A program made the translations under genes and the position numbers. From positions 4,032,001 to 4,096,000 of the forward strand of contig CBDCJO010000002.1 of NCBI GenBank assembly GCA_965217865.1: a DNA stretch of 64,000 nt, given 5' to 3'. This document shows positions 61,539 through 64,000 of the stretch, piece by piece (within the stretch, counting starts at the first letter, position 1; every line of letters starts with the position of its first letter). The notes beneath the pieces are model-generated. The model was not told where the DNA came from. It saw only the letters and a list, made by a program, of their open reading frames with translations, and did not search any database. Source of the stretch: Candidatus Latescibacterota bacterium. GTDB taxonomy: Bacteria > Latescibacterota > UBA2968 > SICM01.

Positions 61539-63071
61539 GTGAGCGATCAACTCCCGCCTAATCCCTCTCTGCATCACCTCAAGTACCAGGCCCGCAACCT
61601 TCAGCACGCCCACACCGCCGGGGATGAGGACGCACTGACCCGGGTCCAAAGGCGTCTGCCCGGCTACGCCGGCCGGCTGTCTCTGGCCAAAGCGCAGACC
61701 GTCGTCGCGCGCGAGTATGGGTTCCCGAGCTGGCCGAAATTGAAGGCTTTCGTGGAAGCGGACAAGCCCCGCGGCCTCATGCCCGACGCACTCAACGATG
61801 AGCAGTCGGCGTTTATTCATGCCGTACTCGCCGATGATGTCGAAGCCGTGCGCAGGCTGCTTGGTCAACAACCCGAATTGGCCAACCTCCGCATCGCCGG
61901 CGACAGCATCCGACTCAAAGGCGTCGTCGATGAGAATGATCCCCGTTCAAGCACGCCACTGCACAACGCCGGGGTCCGCGGGCGCGAAAATTTGATTTCT
62001 TTACTGCTTGAGGCCGGGGCCCAGGTCGATGCGCTGGGCTACGACCACAACCATGGCGTGTGTACACCGCTGCAGCTCGCGGCGTGGGAGGGCACGCTTG
62101 GCTCCGTTCGCCTCTTGCTGGAAGCCGGCGCCGACCCCAATGCAATCACATCCGGGGGCGGCACGCCTCTGAGCACGGCCATGTGGCACAATGCGATGGA
62201 TAAGATCAAGCTGCTGCTGGATCACGGCGCCGACCCGGACCTGCACGTGGCCGTGGGGCTCGGTATGGTCGATCGCGTGCGCGCCCGCCTCGAAGAAGAA
62301 CCGGGGCTGGTCAACTTACCCGGTGGCTATAACGACCTGACTCCCCTGAGTGTAGCAGCGGAGTTCGGGCAGAGAGACGTAGCCGAAGTGCTGATCCACC
62401 ATGGCGCCGAGGTCACACTGATTCAAGCCTGTGGTCTGGGAATGCTGGACCGCGTCAAGACAGAGGTCAAGAAAAATCCGGCCTCGGTCAACCAGGTGAC
62501 GCAGTATCCCCCCTGGCACTCTGAGGCACCGCTGTTCGCGGCGTCGAGCAACGGACATGCCGATGTCGTGCGTTATCTGCTCGCGAACGGAGCTGACGTA
62601 AACCTGACCCTGGGGGAAGGTCATACCGAGTACCAGCCAATCGACTCGGCTACGACGGCAGACGTGATTGATCTTTTCGCTAATGCTGGTGCCGACGTCT
62701 GCCACGTGAATCGCGGATTTACACCGCTGATGCGAGTATTGGCGGACTACGAGAAGAGCCAGGGTTCGGCAGGCTCATCCAAATTGGCACGGCGCGATGA
62801 AGCGGGAACTAAGGCGTATGTGAAACATGGCGGGTTGGGACGGTTTTATGTGGTGGGGCAGTGGGAAGGCCACATCGTTCGGATTGAACCCCTGCTCGAA
62901 CTCGGCGCCGATGTAAACGAGACCGACGGAAACGGCAAGACCGCGCTGGATCATGCCATTAAGAATCGTGACAGGTCGGGACAACAGCTGACATTGCATA
63001 GGCCGACTTTGCGCGGTCCCCGCTTGGCCTACCCCCAATCACACATTCACAGAGATTTTGTTTCCAATTAA
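61539..63071 (+). CDS. Ankyrin-repeat protein with LPxxPSL/AREYGF N-terminal domain; native C-terminus apparently replaced after ~62972
   Basis: TPLH, TPLQLAA, LLEAGADPN, GKTALDHA; GGAGG SD before GTG. Confidence 0.88.
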   Translation: MSDQLPPNPSLHHLKYQARNLQHAHTAGDEDALTRVQRRLPGYAGRLSLAKAQTVVAREYGFPSWPKLKAFVEADKPRGLMPDALNDEQSAFIHAVLADDVEAVRRLLGQQPELANLRIAGDSIRLKGVVDENDPRSSTPLHNAGVRGRENLISLLLEAGAQVDALGYDHNHGVCTPLQLAAWEGTLGSVRLLLEAGADPNAITSGGGTPLSTAMWHNAMDKIKLLLDHGADPDLHVAVGLGMVDRVRARLEEEPGLVNLPGGYNDLTPLSVAAEFGQRDVAEVLIHHGAEVTLIQACGLGMLDRVKTEVKKNPASVNQVTQYPPWHSEAPLFAASSNGHADVVRYLLANGADVNLTLGEGHTEYQPIDSATTADVIDLFANAGADVCHVNRGFTPLMRVLADYEKSQGSAGSSKLARRDEAGTKAYVKHGGLGRFYVVGQWEGHIVRIEPLLELGADVNETDGNGKTALDHAIKNRDRSGQQLTLHRPTLRGPRLAYPQSHIHRDFVSN

Positions 63072-63126
63072 ATCTCGTAAATACAGTATATTATGCATGA
63101 TCTTACAATACTTCTTGGTTTTTTTA

Positions 63127-63200
63127 TTGACAAAATCCAGTCACCATGTTTACAATATAGGGACCAAATATTGACAATGTTGTATGGTTATGTTGACAAA
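63127..63200 (+). promoter_or_regulatory. Promoter with four TT(G/T)ACAA(A/T) boxes at 22-bp spacing
   Basis: Boxes at 63127, 63149, 63171, 63193; the first two form TTGACA-18-TACAAT. Confidence 0.6.
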
Positions 63201-63226
63201 CTATGCTGGATGTAGGGAACTTTACA

Positions 63227-64000
63227 ATGTCCAAGCCCACAAAACGTGGTCGTGATATTCGAAATTTCATTATTCAAACAACACCTGACCATCCACGAGA
63301 CGTCGTAAAGGTCGTTGCCAATCGATTCAAAATATCTAGACAAGCAGTAAATAGGTATTTCAAAGAGCTCTTGGATGAGGGAAAAATCAATGCTCAAGGG
63401 AATACCAGGCAGCGAGAGTACTTCCTCAGAACACAACACGATATTCAATTCTCGATACCCTTAAAGGGACTTGAGGAAGACCAGCTGTGGCGTACCGAAG
63501 TCGCGCAGGTCTTGGAAAGTTTTCCAAGAAACGTGATTGATATCTGGCATTACGTCTTCACAGAGATGGTTAATAACGCAATCGATCATTCGGAAGGCCA
63601 CGAATTAACTGTGGCATTGAAGGTGAACCCGGTAACAACTGAGATTTATGTGCACGACAATGGTATCGGAATATTTCGCAAGATTAAAGAAGAATGCAAT
63701 CTTGAAGATGAGCGACATGCCGTCCTGGAGTTGGCAAAAGGAAAGCTTACAACTGATCCGGATAACCACACGGGAGAGGGCATCTTTTTTACATCGCGGA
63801 TGCTGGACGATTTTGCAATCCTGTCCGGTGACGTTTATTTTTCACACGAATTTGGGCAAGAGGAAGACTGGATCTTAGAAAGAGAACCACCGAGAATTGG
63901 CACGTCGGTGTTCATGTACTTAACGAACAATAGTAAACGAACCGATCAGGAAATATTTGATCAGTTTGCTTCTGAGGAGGAGGACTACGGTTTTTCCAAG
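63227..64000 (+). CDS. HTH plus HATPase protein (DUF4325/STAS-like family), runs off the window
   Basis: Own translation: ISRQAVNRY, FTEMVNNAIDHS, DNGIGIF, GKLTTDPDNHTGEGIFF. Confidence 0.8.
   Translation, partial: MSKPTKRGRDIRNFIIQTTPDHPRDVVKVVANRFKISRQAVNRYFKELLDEGKINAQGNTRQREYFLRTQHDIQFSIPLKGLEEDQLWRTEVAQVLESFPRNVIDIWHYVFTEMVNNAIDHSEGHELTVALKVNPVTTEIYVHDNGIGIFRKIKEECNLEDERHAVLELAKGKLTTDPDNHTGEGIFFTSRMLDDFAILSGDVYFSHEFGQEEDWILEREPPRIGTSVFMYLTNNSKRTDQEIFDQFASEEEDYGFSK

Noticed and set aside
62973-63035. attC-like site at the ankyrin 3' junction
   Set aside because: A hairpin is present but no matching RYYYAAC/GTTRRRY boxes

Overview
GC-rich bacterial chromosomal window. The ptsH-ptsI-nucleotidyltransferase-metK-ahcY order, PVM-like microcompartment, sulfatase and ankyrin genes suggest an FCB-related lineage such as Latescibacterota (inference). 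Core genes: fabV, mmsA/iolA, PTS, metK/ahcY, proS, tRNA-Arg(ACG), pncA/pncB/nadA. Mobile DNA: two identical ISL3 copies, an IS3-family element inside an ankyrin gene, and a 2.9-kb IS1595 element (28-bp IRs, 8-bp TSD). The IS1595 carries a methyltransferase-HNH fusion, a poly-proline micropeptide and a PycTM-like membrane protein. Best candidates for new biology: (i) a ~13-kb cytoplasmic signalling island after tRNA-Arg, with a kinase-NTPase-TPR protein, free-standing paralogues of its TPR region, an FHA protein, a sensor-less His kinase and a two-tier sigma54 cascade; (ii) the IS1595 cargo; (iii) a pseudoknotted RNA upstream of metK-ahcY; (iv) a ribbon-helix-helix-like gene coupled to nadA; (v) intergenic mosaics of 6/7-mer repeats into which IS elements insert. 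Several single-base frameshifts may be assembly errors. All calls come from reading motifs by eye, without database searches.
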